NCBI GenBank assembly: GCA_965372795.1
Contig: CBDVDR010000016.1
Span: 1-64,000 of the forward strand
Direction of reading: 5' to 3'
DNA length: 64,000 nucleotides
Source: an uncultured bacterium
Lineage (GTDB): Bacteria > Zixibacteria > MSB-5A5 > GN15 > FEB-12
Below are positions 1-10,714 of this stretch, piece by piece (positions within the stretch are counted from its first letter, which is position 1; every line of letters begins with the position of its first letter). A program made the translations under genes and the position numbers. The notes below the pieces were generated by a model, which saw only the letters and a program-made list of their open reading frames with translations, was not told the DNA's origin and made no database searches.

Positions 1-55
1 ACTCTATACTCTATACTCTATACTCTATACTCTATACTCTATACTCTATACTCTA
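1..55. repeat. Tandem heptamer repeat (ACTCTAT)x7 plus a partial copy, truncated by the window start
   Basis: Read directly from the sequence. Confidence 0.9.
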
Positions 56-204
56 GCATTTAACATGCTCTACCCTAGCATTTAACAAAACAATCACTTA
101 AGCGACTTATCTAGAATAACTTATAGTTTTATGAAATCAACTACTATTTAACATTACAAATAATCATATTTAACAAAATTAAGTAAAACTGTCATAATTA
201 TCAT

Positions 205-267
205 AATTGTTCTAATTGTTCTAATTGTTCTAATTGTTCTAATTGTTCTAATTGTTCTAATTGTTCT
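205..267. repeat. Tandem nonamer repeat (AATTGTTCT)x7
   Basis: Read directly; lies ~85 bp upstream of the nitroreductase start. Confidence 0.9.
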
Positions 268-350
268 AAAAAGTTATCATAACTGTAATTATAATATTAT
301 TGTTATTCTATGTAACTCAATGATCTGTTTAAAACTATAAAAGGTATAAT

Positions 351-1022
351 ATGACTCAAAAATATAAATTTGTGCCGTTGACGACTTATCAAGAATTTCC
401 CTCAAATAAAATGGTTGAAAGATCACAAGATTTTTACGATAACATGACTCGAAGGAAAACTATTCGGCAGTTTTCTGATAAAGAGGTTCCAAGAGAAATT
501 ATTGAAAATTGTATCAAAGCCGCCGGGACAGCTCCGAGCGGTGCCAATATGCAGCCGTGGCATTTTGTGGTTGTATCCGATCCTGAAATTAAAAAGCAAA
601 TTCGGATTGAAGCTGAAAAAGTTGAAAAGGAATTTTATGAACAGCGCGCCCCACAGTATTGGCTTGATGCGCTGGCTCCGCTTGGCACCGATAAAGAGAA
701 ACCGTATTTGGAAAAAGCACCCTATCTGATTGTTATTTTTAATAAGCGTCACACTATTGAAGCAGACGGGACAATCAAAAAAAATTATTACCTGTCGGAA
801 TCGGTTGGGATTGCTACCGGGATGCTTATAACTGCGGTTCATAATGCCGGACTTTGCTGTTTGACTCATACTCCGAGCCCGATGGCGTTTTTGCGGGATA
901 TTTTAGGTCGTCCAAAATCTGAATCGCCCTTTTTACTGCTGGTGGTCGGGTATCCTGATGAGAAAGTAGAAATCCCGGATATTCATAAGAAAGAGTTGGA
1001 AGAAATAAGCAGCTGGATCTGA
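351..1022 (+). CDS. Nitroreductase family protein, iodotyrosine deiodinase-like
   Basis: RRKTIRQFS, TAPSGANMQPW, EKEFY, LTHTPSPM motifs typical of IYD-like nitroreductases. Confidence 0.85.
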   Translation: MTQKYKFVPLTTYQEFPSNKMVERSQDFYDNMTRRKTIRQFSDKEVPREIIENCIKAAGTAPSGANMQPWHFVVVSDPEIKKQIRIEAEKVEKEFYEQRAPQYWLDALAPLGTDKEKPYLEKAPYLIVIFNKRHTIEADGTIKKNYYLSESVGIATGMLITAVHNAGLCCLTHTPSPMAFLRDILGRPKSESPFLLLVVGYPDEKVEIPDIHKKELEEISSWI

Positions 1023-1170
1023 TTTTATTCAATAATTCGGCACTTTATCGGCCGTAATTCCAAGCTTTACCTGCTTAAAAACAAAGCGGTTGACTTATCT
1101 GAAAATCCCCTATTTATTTCAGCCTGATTGAAATAAACCGTATATTTGATAAGGATTTAATAAAGATAAA

Positions 1171-2262
1171 ATGGAAGCATTAAAAACCCCATTCTACGAT
1201 TATCATGTCGCTGCCGGCGCCAAAATGGTTGAGTTTGCCGGCTATTTGATGCCGATTCAATATAACGGTATCACCGCCGAACATCTTGCGGTTCGCAAAA
1301 ATATTGGTCTGTTCGATTTGACCCATATGGGCGAATTTGAAGTAACCGGCAATGATGCGCTTGAGTTTCTCCAGAAAACCACAACCAATAATGTTGATGC
1401 TCTGGCAGTAGGTGAAATTCAGTATTCCTGTATGACACAGGAGGATGGCGGGATTGTTGATGATCTTTTGGTTTACCGCGTTGAGGATGGCTATTTTCTG
1501 GTTGTAAATGCTTCAAATATGAAAAAAGATTTCGAATGGCTCGATTCACATAAATTCGGTGATGTGAGATTGACCGATAAGTCAGCCAATATCGCTTTGC
1601 TGGCGATTCAGGGTCCTAAGGCTCAGAAACTGATGGCAGAGCTGACCGATCATGATCTTGACAGTATGAAATATTATACCTGCACAAACGGAGTTGTAGG
1701 CGGGGTGGATCTGTTTTTCTCGCGCACCGGATACACCGGCGAGGATGGGTTTGAAATTTACTGCGATTATGAAAGCGCCAGGAAACTCTGGGATGCTATA
1801 ATTTCAGCCGGAGAGAAATATGGGCTGGAGCTAATCGGGCTGGGTGCCAGAGATTCATTAAGGCTTGAGATGAAGATGTCGCTATATGGTAACGAGATTG
1901 ATGCAACCACGAATCCGATTGAAGCCGGATTGAGCTGGATTGTTGATTTGAATAAAGATTTTATTGGTAAAGAAGCAGTTGCCAAAATGAAAGCAGACAA
2001 ACCGAGCCGCCGACTGGTTTGTCTGGAACTTGAAGGACGAGCTTTCCCCCGTACCGGATATGATATTTATGTCGATGGTAACAAAGCTGGGAAAGTAACT
2101 TCAGGAACTGTTTCACCATCTTTGGAAAAGCCGATTGCAATTGGGTATGTCCCCCGTTCGCACGCCAAGTCGGGTTCGATGGTTGAAGTTGAAATCCGTA
2201 ATAAGAGGTTTCCAGCCAAAGTTGTTAAACCGCCTTTTTATAAAGAGGCATCACATAAGTAA
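1171..2262 (+). CDS. gcvT: Glycine cleavage system aminomethyltransferase T
   Basis: FAGYLMPIQY, GLFDLTHMG, SRTGYTGEDGFE, GLGARDSLRLE motifs. Confidence 0.95.
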   Translation: MEALKTPFYDYHVAAGAKMVEFAGYLMPIQYNGITAEHLAVRKNIGLFDLTHMGEFEVTGNDALEFLQKTTTNNVDALAVGEIQYSCMTQEDGGIVDDLLVYRVEDGYFLVVNASNMKKDFEWLDSHKFGDVRLTDKSANIALLAIQGPKAQKLMAELTDHDLDSMKYYTCTNGVVGGVDLFFSRTGYTGEDGFEIYCDYESARKLWDAIISAGEKYGLELIGLGARDSLRLEMKMSLYGNEIDATTNPIEAGLSWIVDLNKDFIGKEAVAKMKADKPSRRLVCLELEGRAFPRTGYDIYVDGNKAGKVTSGTVSPSLEKPIAIGYVPRSHAKSGSMVEVEIRNKRFPAKVVKPPFYKEASHK

Positions 2263-2268
2263 ATTATT

Positions 2269-2997
2269 ATGAAAATAGATTTATATTTAACCCCGATTCC
2301 GTTTGGTAAAGCAGATATAGAAAATAAGACGGTGGTGATTATTGATGTCCTGCGTTCCTCGACTTCAATCTGCGCCGCCTTGAAATCCAAAGCTAAAGGT
2401 GTTATCCCGGTTGATGATCCGGGTGATGCGGCAGAGATGTGGACAAAAATCGGCACCGAAAATGCATTGCTTGCCGGAGAACGAGGCGGAATTAAGATTG
2501 AGAATTTTCAGCTTGGAAATTCTCCTTTGGAATTTACACCTAAATCGGTGGGTAATAAATTTGTGATTATGACAACAACCAACGGGACGGCTCCGTTTGA
2601 AAAAACATCCTCAGCCTCAATAGTTCTTTCGGGTGCCCTTGTCAATGTTTCACTGGTAGCGGAAAAAATTTCAACAGCTAATAACAATGTGGTTATTGCC
2701 TGTTCGGGAAGGGACGGTCATTTTTCAATTGAGGATACAATTTGCGGCGGGTTGTTGATTGATCTGCTGACTCATAAATATCATAAAACACTTGAATTAA
2801 ACGATGCCGGTGAACTGGCGTTACTTTTATATAATAATAATAAAAATGAATTAAAAGAGACAATCGCCAAAGGTGAACATGGAAGGCATTTAGCTTCAAT
2901 CGGGTTTGCAACTGATGTTGAAACTGCCTGTTCGGTTGATTCGATTCCGGTACTTCCGATTTTGAAAGATGGGCGTTTGATTCTTGATAATGAGTAG
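2269..2997 (+). CDS. comB: 2-phosphosulfolactate phosphatase family protein
   Basis: VIIDVLRSST, GERGG, GNSPLE, MTTTNGT, SIED motifs. Confidence 0.85.
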   Translation: MKIDLYLTPIPFGKADIENKTVVIIDVLRSSTSICAALKSKAKGVIPVDDPGDAAEMWTKIGTENALLAGERGGIKIENFQLGNSPLEFTPKSVGNKFVIMTTTNGTAPFEKTSSASIVLSGALVNVSLVAEKISTANNNVVIACSGRDGHFSIEDTICGGLLIDLLTHKYHKTLELNDAGELALLLYNNNKNELKETIAKGEHGRHLASIGFATDVETACSVDSIPVLPILKDGRLILDNE

Positions 2998-3073
2998 CAT
3001 CATTATTTTTTTGATAGGACAAAAACTATCTTGCTATAATAGACTTCTTCCGGATTGAAAGGTATAATAAATA

Positions 3074-4966
3074 ATGATAAAAATTCTTAGTCTGTTGTTA
3101 ATTGGATTGTTAACCGTTTCCACAGCCCGGGCTGATAACGGAGTTGAAGTAGAGCTTGAGATATTTCAAAAAGACAGCAATCAAAACGATGTTCTTCTTT
3201 TTTCTGATACGGTAGATTTTGTAGAAAATCTGGTTACAACCGGTTTTTTAGTAAATTTTTCTTTGGACTTAGAATTTACCAGAATTGATACGGGCTCAGT
3301 ATCTTTTACAGTTCATATTGTAACGGTCAGACCAAATGTTAACAATTACTCAAAGTTATTTAAGGTTCAGTATGGCCTTCCGGCAAAAATAGAACCGATT
3401 GAAAGTAAAAACGGGAGTGTCTATTCATTTGTAATTACTCCTCTAAAGCAAAAAGAAATCGACCGATCTTACTGTTCGTACGATCATCGTGAACAAGGGC
3501 TATTCAGAATTACCCCTTCGGCGAATATGAATTTTTATCATATCAAAGGATCATTTGGAGAATATAACTGGCAACTCGCCAAAGGAGTTTTAGAAGAAAA
3601 CTATGAACAACTTTTGAAGTTGTTCAAATTTAATCTTCCGGGAAAATATAATATCTACCTGTCACCATGCGCTGTAAATTCGATTATATGGGATAAGCGA
3701 TTTGGTGTTTCTGTTGATCCGACCAAAAGTACCGGCTATACAATTTTTAACGGTCGATATAGCACCTTTGATCCCTTTGTATCGGCTCATGCTGCGATAC
3801 TTCGTAATTTCGGATATGCCCCGCCGTTTTTATCAGAGGGAATGGCGAATTTTCTTTCGTTTGCGGTTTTTGATATGAAAGATATAATTACCGAGAAGAA
3901 AAATATTCCACTTAGAGAACTTTTAAATACTTACAATTATTTTAATGCTGATCCGACAATTGCAGATCGGACCTCAGCCTCGTTTGTAAGATTTTTAATT
4001 CGTCAAAACAATTATGATCAACTTATGAAAGTTTATGAAATGTCAGACGATTTGAATCTGGCTGGTAAAATTGAAGAGGTTTATGGGAAATCTATCGAAG
4101 AGATCGAAACGGAATGGATCACTTATGTTGATACGCTGACATTTTTGAAACCCCGTTTAGTAAAATATGTCGAACTTTCAGAGGCAATGTTCAAATATCC
4201 GCAGATGGCAAAATATTCAAAAAAACTGGTTGAGCTGGCTGATACCGAAGGTGATTCTTTGATGAGTCTGAGCATGTTGCGTACCGCTTATTTTAATATG
4301 GGTGATTATTATAATGCGATTCAAACCCAGGAGCAATTGCTTAAGATGGAAAACAATTCCAGAAGCTGGATGAGTTTTGGCATTAACAATATGATGAACG
4401 GTTTTTATGATGAAGCTCTTTCAAATTTACTTACGGCTAAATCGCTTGATACTCTTAATTCGTTGATTCAATTCAACCTCGGTCTTTGCTATGAAAATAT
4501 TGGAGACAATGAAGAAGCAGCAAAATATTACAACCTGCTTATCGCTTCTGAAGCTCCTCAAGGGGCTATGGGTGAAAGCCGGGTAATGCTTGGCAGACTC
4601 CTTTTAAATTCAAAAAATGAAAAAGATAAAGCCAGAGCGATAACATTATTTTCTGAGGCAGAAGGTATCTTATCAAAAATGATTTCGAGCCAATCACCAA
4701 CCCCGGTTTTTCTTGCCTGGCTTGGAATGGCATACCTCGGACAGGGTGACACCGACAATGCTTATAATTATCTGTCCACCGCCCTGATGCTGGAGACCCG
4801 TCCCTTCTACCTTGGGTTGATAAACCTTGAACTGGGAAAAGTTGTTGATCTACTTAATGACCATGCAACTGCCAAAGAGTATTACTCTCAGGTGATAGCC
4901 TCTCCCTCGGCTGCGTATCACCAAGCCGAAGCAAAAAAGCTAATCGATAATCCTTATAAACAATAG
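3074..4966 (+). CDS. Secreted tetratricopeptide-repeat protein with a peptidase MA-like (non-HEXXH) middle region
   Basis: N-terminal signal peptide, PPFLSEGMA segment, C-terminal TPR-like helical repeats. Confidence 0.6.
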   Translation: MIKILSLLLIGLLTVSTARADNGVEVELEIFQKDSNQNDVLLFSDTVDFVENLVTTGFLVNFSLDLEFTRIDTGSVSFTVHIVTVRPNVNNYSKLFKVQYGLPAKIEPIESKNGSVYSFVITPLKQKEIDRSYCSYDHREQGLFRITPSANMNFYHIKGSFGEYNWQLAKGVLEENYEQLLKLFKFNLPGKYNIYLSPCAVNSIIWDKRFGVSVDPTKSTGYTIFNGRYSTFDPFVSAHAAILRNFGYAPPFLSEGMANFLSFAVFDMKDIITEKKNIPLRELLNTYNYFNADPTIADRTSASFVRFLIRQNNYDQLMKVYEMSDDLNLAGKIEEVYGKSIEEIETEWITYVDTLTFLKPRLVKYVELSEAMFKYPQMAKYSKKLVELADTEGDSLMSLSMLRTAYFNMGDYYNAIQTQEQLLKMENNSRSWMSFGINNMMNGFYDEALSNLLTAKSLDTLNSLIQFNLGLCYENIGDNEEAAKYYNLLIASEAPQGAMGESRVMLGRLLLNSKNEKDKARAITLFSEAEGILSKMISSQSPTPVFLAWLGMAYLGQGDTDNAYNYLSTALMLETRPFYLGLINLELGKVVDLLNDHATAKEYYSQVIASPSAAYHQAEAKKLIDNPYKQ

Positions 4967-4972
4967 AAGCAT

Positions 4973-7045
4973 ATGTTTAATTTTCTTAACTCTACCATAC
5001 TATTTGCAGCCGCAGCAGCATTAATACCGCTGTTGATCCATCTGTTTTCAAAGCGTCGGGTTAAAGTTGTAGAATTTTCATCGTTAAAACATCTCAAACA
5101 GATGCAGCGTCGTCAGGTCAGACGGATAAAAATTCGGCAAATACTTCTGTTACTATTAAGGATGCTCATAATTTTCATGGTTGTACTGGCTTTTGCCCGA
5201 CCAACTACTGATAGCGGGTCTATCGGTTCGCATGCATCTGTTTCGGCCGTCGTTCTATTTGATAACTCTTCCTCGGTTAATCGGTATATAACCGATGGCA
5301 ATTTATTTGAAATGGCACGTAATAGAACTGAAAATCTATTAGAGTCGTTTGGTGAATCTGACCAGATAAGTTTAATCCCATTGGTACCGATAGAAACTGA
5401 TGAGAAAACCCCGGCGTTTACATCTTCGGCTACTGCTATGGAGAAGCTCAAAAAATTACGCATCGGTTATCAAACAGGGAATTTGCAATCAGCTTATCAG
5501 AACGCAATTAATCTTCTTGAAAAGGCACAGAATTTAAATAAGGAGATATATATTGTATCCGACCGGCAGAGGAATTTGCTTCCGAAGGAAACAATTGTAA
5601 CTCCTGATGATGTTCGTTTATTTGTATTGGATCTCCCGCTTGAAAAAACAAACAACCTTGGGATAACAGCGATAGATTTTGGCGGACAACTGATTTTGCC
5701 CGGGCAGGATTTTGATATTAACAGTTCAATAAAGAATTTTGGGAGTGAAGATCGCACTGATGTTATTGCCTCGCTATTTATAAATGATAATCGAATTGCC
5801 CAGACCAGTTTTGATGTCAAAGCCGGTCAGGAAACATCGGTTAAGTTTGAACGTTCGGTTTCCCGAACCGGATTTCATTCGGGCTATATAGAAATTTCTG
5901 ATGATCTTTTACTTGATGACAACCGGCACTATTTTTCATTTAGCATCCCGAACAAATTCAATGTCTTAATAATTAATGGTGATGTTACCGGGGCATTTAT
6001 GTCATTGGCAATGGCTCCGGCGGTAACGGTTAATCAGTATTGGTCGCTTAAGGATGTCAATGCTGATAAACTATCCGGGATCAATTTTCTGGATTATGAT
6101 TTGATAATTCTTGCCGGAGTGCCTAAGCTTCACAAGACTTATGTTAATCGTTTAAAAGCTTTTGTAAATTCCGGTCGTTCTATTTTTCTAACTTATGGTA
6201 ATCAGACCGATCCGACAGAGTTTAATCTGAACTGGTCTAATGTTACCGGCGTTGTTTTTGACAGTCAGATGAAAGAAGATTTTACCCGAGCCGGGTTCTA
6301 CACTTTTTTGTCACTTGATTATAACCACCCGGTATTTTCTGTATTCAACTTTGAAAGCAATAAACCACCACAGATAAAATTTTATACTTTGCCAAAGATG
6401 CATACGATTAATGATGCTAAGAGTCTGTTGTATTTCACCGGGAATCATCCGGCATTGGTCGAGTCAACTTATGGAAAGGGCAAGGTTTTAACCTTTACCG
6501 GACCTATGAGTCCCGAATATTCTGACATGACCACTCATGCCTTTTTTGTGCCGTTTATTTCAAGAGTTGCCGAGTACCTTGCCAGCGATTTATCCAGTTA
6601 TGATTTGAAGTTATATGCTTCTGATAATATCCGCCGTTCGGTTTCACTCAAAGGATCGATCAACACCTCGCTTGAACTAACGCGACCGGACAGTGCGATT
6701 GTTAAGCTCCCCCCCGAAGAAGAGCAGGGTGCCCTTACGGTTCATGCCCAGCCAACTGAATTGCCGGGAGTATATTCCCTTGCCTATCTTGGACGCGAGA
6801 TTGACCGGTTTGCTGTCAACCTCACTCCCGAAGAATCGGATCTGTCGCGTATCGACTCGGATCAAATTGCAAAGTCATTGGGTGCGTCAAGTTATAATGA
6901 ATTATCTTTTGACGGCGATATTGCAGAGAGCCTAAACGAACTTCGGTATGGCAAAGAGCTCTGGCAAATATTTTTATGGTTAGCGGCGCTGTTCATTTTG
7001 ATTGAAATATTTTTATCCCGTTCCCGGGAGACATCGGAGAATTAG
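4973..7045 (+). CDS. BatA/aerotolerance N-terminal and VWA domain membrane protein
   Basis: PLLIHL...FSSL...LLLLLR...LAFARP N-terminus, DNSSS MIDAS-like motif, C-terminal TM helix. Confidence 0.8.
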   Translation: MFNFLNSTILFAAAAALIPLLIHLFSKRRVKVVEFSSLKHLKQMQRRQVRRIKIRQILLLLLRMLIIFMVVLAFARPTTDSGSIGSHASVSAVVLFDNSSSVNRYITDGNLFEMARNRTENLLESFGESDQISLIPLVPIETDEKTPAFTSSATAMEKLKKLRIGYQTGNLQSAYQNAINLLEKAQNLNKEIYIVSDRQRNLLPKETIVTPDDVRLFVLDLPLEKTNNLGITAIDFGGQLILPGQDFDINSSIKNFGSEDRTDVIASLFINDNRIAQTSFDVKAGQETSVKFERSVSRTGFHSGYIEISDDLLLDDNRHYFSFSIPNKFNVLIINGDVTGAFMSLAMAPAVTVNQYWSLKDVNADKLSGINFLDYDLIILAGVPKLHKTYVNRLKAFVNSGRSIFLTYGNQTDPTEFNLNWSNVTGVVFDSQMKEDFTRAGFYTFLSLDYNHPVFSVFNFESNKPPQIKFYTLPKMHTINDAKSLLYFTGNHPALVESTYGKGKVLTFTGPMSPEYSDMTTHAFFVPFISRVAEYLASDLSSYDLKLYASDNIRRSVSLKGSINTSLELTRPDSAIVKLPPEEEQGALTVHAQPTELPGVYSLAYLGREIDRFAVNLTPEESDLSRIDSDQIAKSLGASSYNELSFDGDIAESLNELRYGKELWQIFLWLAALFILIEIFLSRSRETSEN

Positions 7046-8931
7046 TGACCCTTCTTGCCTCACAACATATTTCCAAAAAATTTGATGACCAGATTATACT
7101 GGAAGATGTTTCGTTTACAATTCAGTCGCATGAAAAAATCGGTCTGACCGGAAAAAACGGCAGCGGCAAAACTACCCTGTTTGAAATTCTTACCGGTCGT
7201 ATGGAAGTTGACGAAGGATCGATTACCCGTTCTAAAGTCTGTAAAATAGATTACATCCCTCAAGAGAAAACCGAGCATCTTGAATCAACACTTTTTGATT
7301 TTGTTTCATCAGCACGATCTGATTTGTTGCAGATGAGACAGAGAATCATGGAGCATGAAGAATACCTTGCCCGAAATCCTGAGGATTCAAAAATTGTGGA
7401 AGAGATGGGTATCCTTCAGGCAAAGTTTGAAGCCAACGACGGTTTTGATTTTGAAAACAAAATATCAAATATTTTGGAAGGACTTGGTTTTTTAAAAAAT
7501 CGTCATGCCGATCCGATTAAGAATTTTTCCGGCGGAGAGAAAAACCGAGCCGGACTGGCGTATGCCCTTGCCGGAAATGGGAGTATGATTCTGCTTGATG
7601 AACCGACGAACCATTTGGACATTGAATCAACGCATTGGCTTGAAGAATATCTGGCTTCATTAAATAAAAGTTATATTGTAATTTCTCATGACCGCGCATT
7701 TTTGAATGTAACGGTTAACAAGGTTTGGGAAATAAGCCATGGGAAAATTGATAACTACGTTGGTAATTTTGAAAAGTATCTTGAGAATCGCGAACAGAGA
7801 CGCGCTCTTCAGGAGCATCGGTATAAACACCAACAAGCGGAGATCAAACGAATTGAGGATTTTGTTCAACGTAATATGGCTGGGCAAAAAACCAAGCAAG
7901 CCCAATCAAAATTAAAATATTTGAATCGTATTAAACGGCTGCAACTTCCAAAATCTGACGGTAAACAACATGCTATTAAAATGGAATCTTCGGGAAGGTC
8001 TTACGCTCATGTTTTGTCGGTGCATGATGTTGCGCTTGGTTATGGTAATGAAATAGTTGTACAAAATCTTAATTTTGATGTTTATCGGGGTGATAAAATC
8101 GGTCTTATTGGAAAAAACGGGTCCGGTAAAAGTACCATTTTAAAAGCGTTGGTAGGCGAGTTAGCTCCTATTGAAGGTGAGATCAAACTTGGTGCCAATG
8201 TTGAGGTTGCCTATTTCGATCAGGAACTGGATGATTTGAATCAGCAGATGAATGTTATCGATTCGCTATGGGAAATGGATCCGATGGTTGACAGCGGTCG
8301 GATGCGATCTTTTTTGGCACGTTTTGGATTTTCCGGTGATGATGCCTTCAAACCGATTCTTGCTTTATCAGGCGGAGAAAAAACCAAGTTGTCGCTGGCG
8401 CGGTTATTGTATCATCCGGCAAATTTTACGATCTTTGACGAGCCAACCAACCATCTCGATATAGATTCCCGTAATACCCTTGAAAAAGCGCTGCTTGAGT
8501 ATGAAGGCAGCTGTTTGGTAGTCAGCCATGATCGTTATTTCCTTGATAAGATTGCCACCAAGATTTTCTATCTCGACGGTTCGCACTTAAGAATTTTTGA
8601 TGGCAACTATTCATACTTTAAAGAAAAAACAGACAACAGATCGACTACAACTGTAAAATATAAAGATGAGAACCGCAAAGATGCGTATATTGAATTTAAA
8701 GAGAAATCAAAACAGCGCACAAAATTAAAAAGAGATATCAAAACCACTCGCGAAGAAATTGAAAAGTTTGAAATAGAACTTGAGCAGGTCATTGAAAATT
8801 TAAAATCAAATATACCTGCAAGTGATTGGGAAAAGTTGCAGCAGGCAACCGAACGAAAAAATGAACTTGAGGATACAATCCTACAGTTGATCCATAAATT
8901 GGAAGAACTCGAAGAGATAAACCTTGATTAA
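7045..8931 (+). CDS. ABC-F family ATP-binding protein
   Basis: Two ABC domains (GKNGSGKT/S, SGGEK, LDEPTNHLD), no TM domain, C-terminal coiled coil. Confidence 0.92.
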   Translation: MTLLASQHISKKFDDQIILEDVSFTIQSHEKIGLTGKNGSGKTTLFEILTGRMEVDEGSITRSKVCKIDYIPQEKTEHLESTLFDFVSSARSDLLQMRQRIMEHEEYLARNPEDSKIVEEMGILQAKFEANDGFDFENKISNILEGLGFLKNRHADPIKNFSGGEKNRAGLAYALAGNGSMILLDEPTNHLDIESTHWLEEYLASLNKSYIVISHDRAFLNVTVNKVWEISHGKIDNYVGNFEKYLENREQRRALQEHRYKHQQAEIKRIEDFVQRNMAGQKTKQAQSKLKYLNRIKRLQLPKSDGKQHAIKMESSGRSYAHVLSVHDVALGYGNEIVVQNLNFDVYRGDKIGLIGKNGSGKSTILKALVGELAPIEGEIKLGANVEVAYFDQELDDLNQQMNVIDSLWEMDPMVDSGRMRSFLARFGFSGDDAFKPILALSGGEKTKLSLARLLYHPANFTIFDEPTNHLDIDSRNTLEKALLEYEGSCLVVSHDRYFLDKIATKIFYLDGSHLRIFDGNYSYFKEKTDNRSTTTVKYKDENRKDAYIEFKEKSKQRTKLKRDIKTTREEIEKFEIELEQVIENLKSNIPASDWEKLQQATERKNELEDTILQLIHKLEELEEINLD

Positions 8932-9547
8932 GATTTTAGCCATATCCGCTTCGCCCGTTGAAGGGTCATCGACAGAACTTGTCGTTGAAAAACTTGGTCA
9001 AACAATAAAAAATTTACTTGAGGGTCAATCTAAAGAATCGTCATTGGAATTGATTAATGTAAACAAACTTACGTTTATCCCCTGTCAGGCTTGCGGAAAA
9101 GCACCAACGCCTGAATTTTGTTTTTATGAAGATGACCTGACTGAAATTTATAAAAAACTTGCTGAATGTGATTGTTTTCTTTTTGGATCGCCTATTTATT
9201 TTGATTCGGTTTCGGCTCAGGGTAAAGCCTTTATAGATCGCTGTAACTGTATCCGCCCTCCTGATTTTGAAAATAAAAATAAAGATTCCAACTTTATCAA
9301 AATATTAAAAAGAAAAAGACCGGGAGCAATGGTTTTAGTCGGAGGCGAAGAAGGCTGGTTTGAGGGTGCCCGGAGGACAATCGCCGGATTTTTTAAATGG
9401 GTTGAGATCATAAATTCAGGGATGATTTCATATCGCTCGAATGATTTTAATGCAAAAGGGACGGCAATTAATGATCCGGTGGTTTTAAAGGAGATTTCAG
9501 AACTTGCCAATAAACTTGTGCAGGAATTAAAAAATAATGAATTATAA
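8924..9547 (+). CDS. Flavodoxin family / iron-sulfur flavoprotein (NADPH-dependent FMN reductase-like)
   Basis: ASPxxGSST, CQAC...C, GSPIYF, KAFIDR motifs. Confidence 0.8.
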   Translation: MIKILAISASPVEGSSTELVVEKLGQTIKNLLEGQSKESSLELINVNKLTFIPCQACGKAPTPEFCFYEDDLTEIYKKLAECDCFLFGSPIYFDSVSAQGKAFIDRCNCIRPPDFENKNKDSNFIKILKRKRPGAMVLVGGEEGWFEGARRTIAGFFKWVEIINSGMISYRSNDFNAKGTAINDPVVLKEISELANKLVQELKNNEL

Positions 9548-10193
9548 AAAAAAACTGGTCGAGTACTATTGCCAGCGAGCTAAAGAATACGAACAGATTT
9601 ATTTTCGTGACGTCCCTGATCGTCGCAAAGAGATTGACGATGAAGCTATTAATATAAAAGCGCTGGCAAAAGATAAGACCGTCTTAGATATCCCCTGTGG
9701 CACCGGTTATTGGACCAAAATTATTTCAGAATCTGCTAAAAAGATTGTTGCTGCCGATATTTCACTAGAAATGATCGAGATGGCACGATCAAAAGAATAT
9801 CAAATTCCGGTTGAATTTGTCCAATGTGATTTGAACTTTCCCCCGTTTGAGCCCCATTCATTTGATCTGGTCGTATTAGGTTTTTGGTTTTCGCATCACC
9901 CAAAACAGGATTATGAAGCATTATTTAAGATTTTAAAGTCATTATTAAAAGAAAACGGCTTAATTTGGATGATTGATAATAATCCTCCGGCTGAGGGAGC
10001 AGTTTCAAATTCGGTCGGAAAAGATGAATTTGGGAATAACCAAAAAAAGCGATGGCTTGATAATGGCGAAGAATTTATAATAATAAAAAATTATTTCGAA
10101 AAAGAGGATTTGAGCCGTATTTTTGTACAATCCTTTGATATTCAACAGCTTACCCATAACAAATACTACTGGTCAGCCCTTCTTCAAAGTTAA
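9537..10193 (+). CDS. Class I SAM-dependent methyltransferase
   Basis: VLDIPCGTGYW motif I, FDLVVLGFWFSH. Confidence 0.85.
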   Translation: MNYKKKLVEYYCQRAKEYEQIYFRDVPDRRKEIDDEAINIKALAKDKTVLDIPCGTGYWTKIISESAKKIVAADISLEMIEMARSKEYQIPVEFVQCDLNFPPFEPHSFDLVVLGFWFSHHPKQDYEALFKILKSLLKENGLIWMIDNNPPAEGAVSNSVGKDEFGNNQKKRWLDNGEEFIIIKNYFEKEDLSRIFVQSFDIQQLTHNKYYWSALLQS

Positions 10194-10388
10194 CGTGTTG
10201 TGTTTCATGGGTTTGATGCTAATATATATTATTATATTATGAAAATATACGATTTTGGCTTGTGAAACGGCTTGCGGAGCTAAGAAAATATATTATATTG
10301 GTTGGCTCTGGTTCTTCCATTTATAGGGAACCGGAAGTTGTTATATTAATGAAGAAAATAGATTTTAAAATTATATGAGGTTATTGAA

Positions 10389-10604
10389 GTGAAACCAGGA
10401 ATTCATCCAAAGTACAATACTATAACAGTAAAGTGTGCATGCGGAACAACTTTTGAGAGTCGCTCGACTAACAAAGAGATCAGTGTTGAAATCTGTTCAA
10501 ACTGTCATCCTTTCTTTACCGGCAAACAGAAATTGATTGACACCGCCGGTCGCGTAGAACGATTCCGCCAGAAATATAAAAAAATTCTGGATAAGAAAGA
10601 ATAG
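10389..10604 (+). CDS. rpmE: 50S ribosomal protein L31 (Zn-binding type)
   Basis: [29 protein letters not shown]. Confidence 0.97.
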   Translation: MKPGIHPKYNTITVKCACGTTFESRSTNKEISVEICSNCHPFFTGKQKLIDTAGRVERFRQKYKKILDKKE

Positions 10605-10714
10605 TTCAAAAGAATCCTCACAAATTCAACAGGTGTTTCGTATGGATTACGAGTGCCTGTTATTTTATGGGCTATTTTTTTAAATGATTAATAGATAGGA
10701 CAACTAGATTTAGT

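Noticed and set aside
10305..10337. Hairpin upstream of rpmE as a ribosomal leader RNA
   Set aside because: Only a single stem (GGTTCTT...GGGAACC) is visible; a family cannot be assigned without a covariance search.
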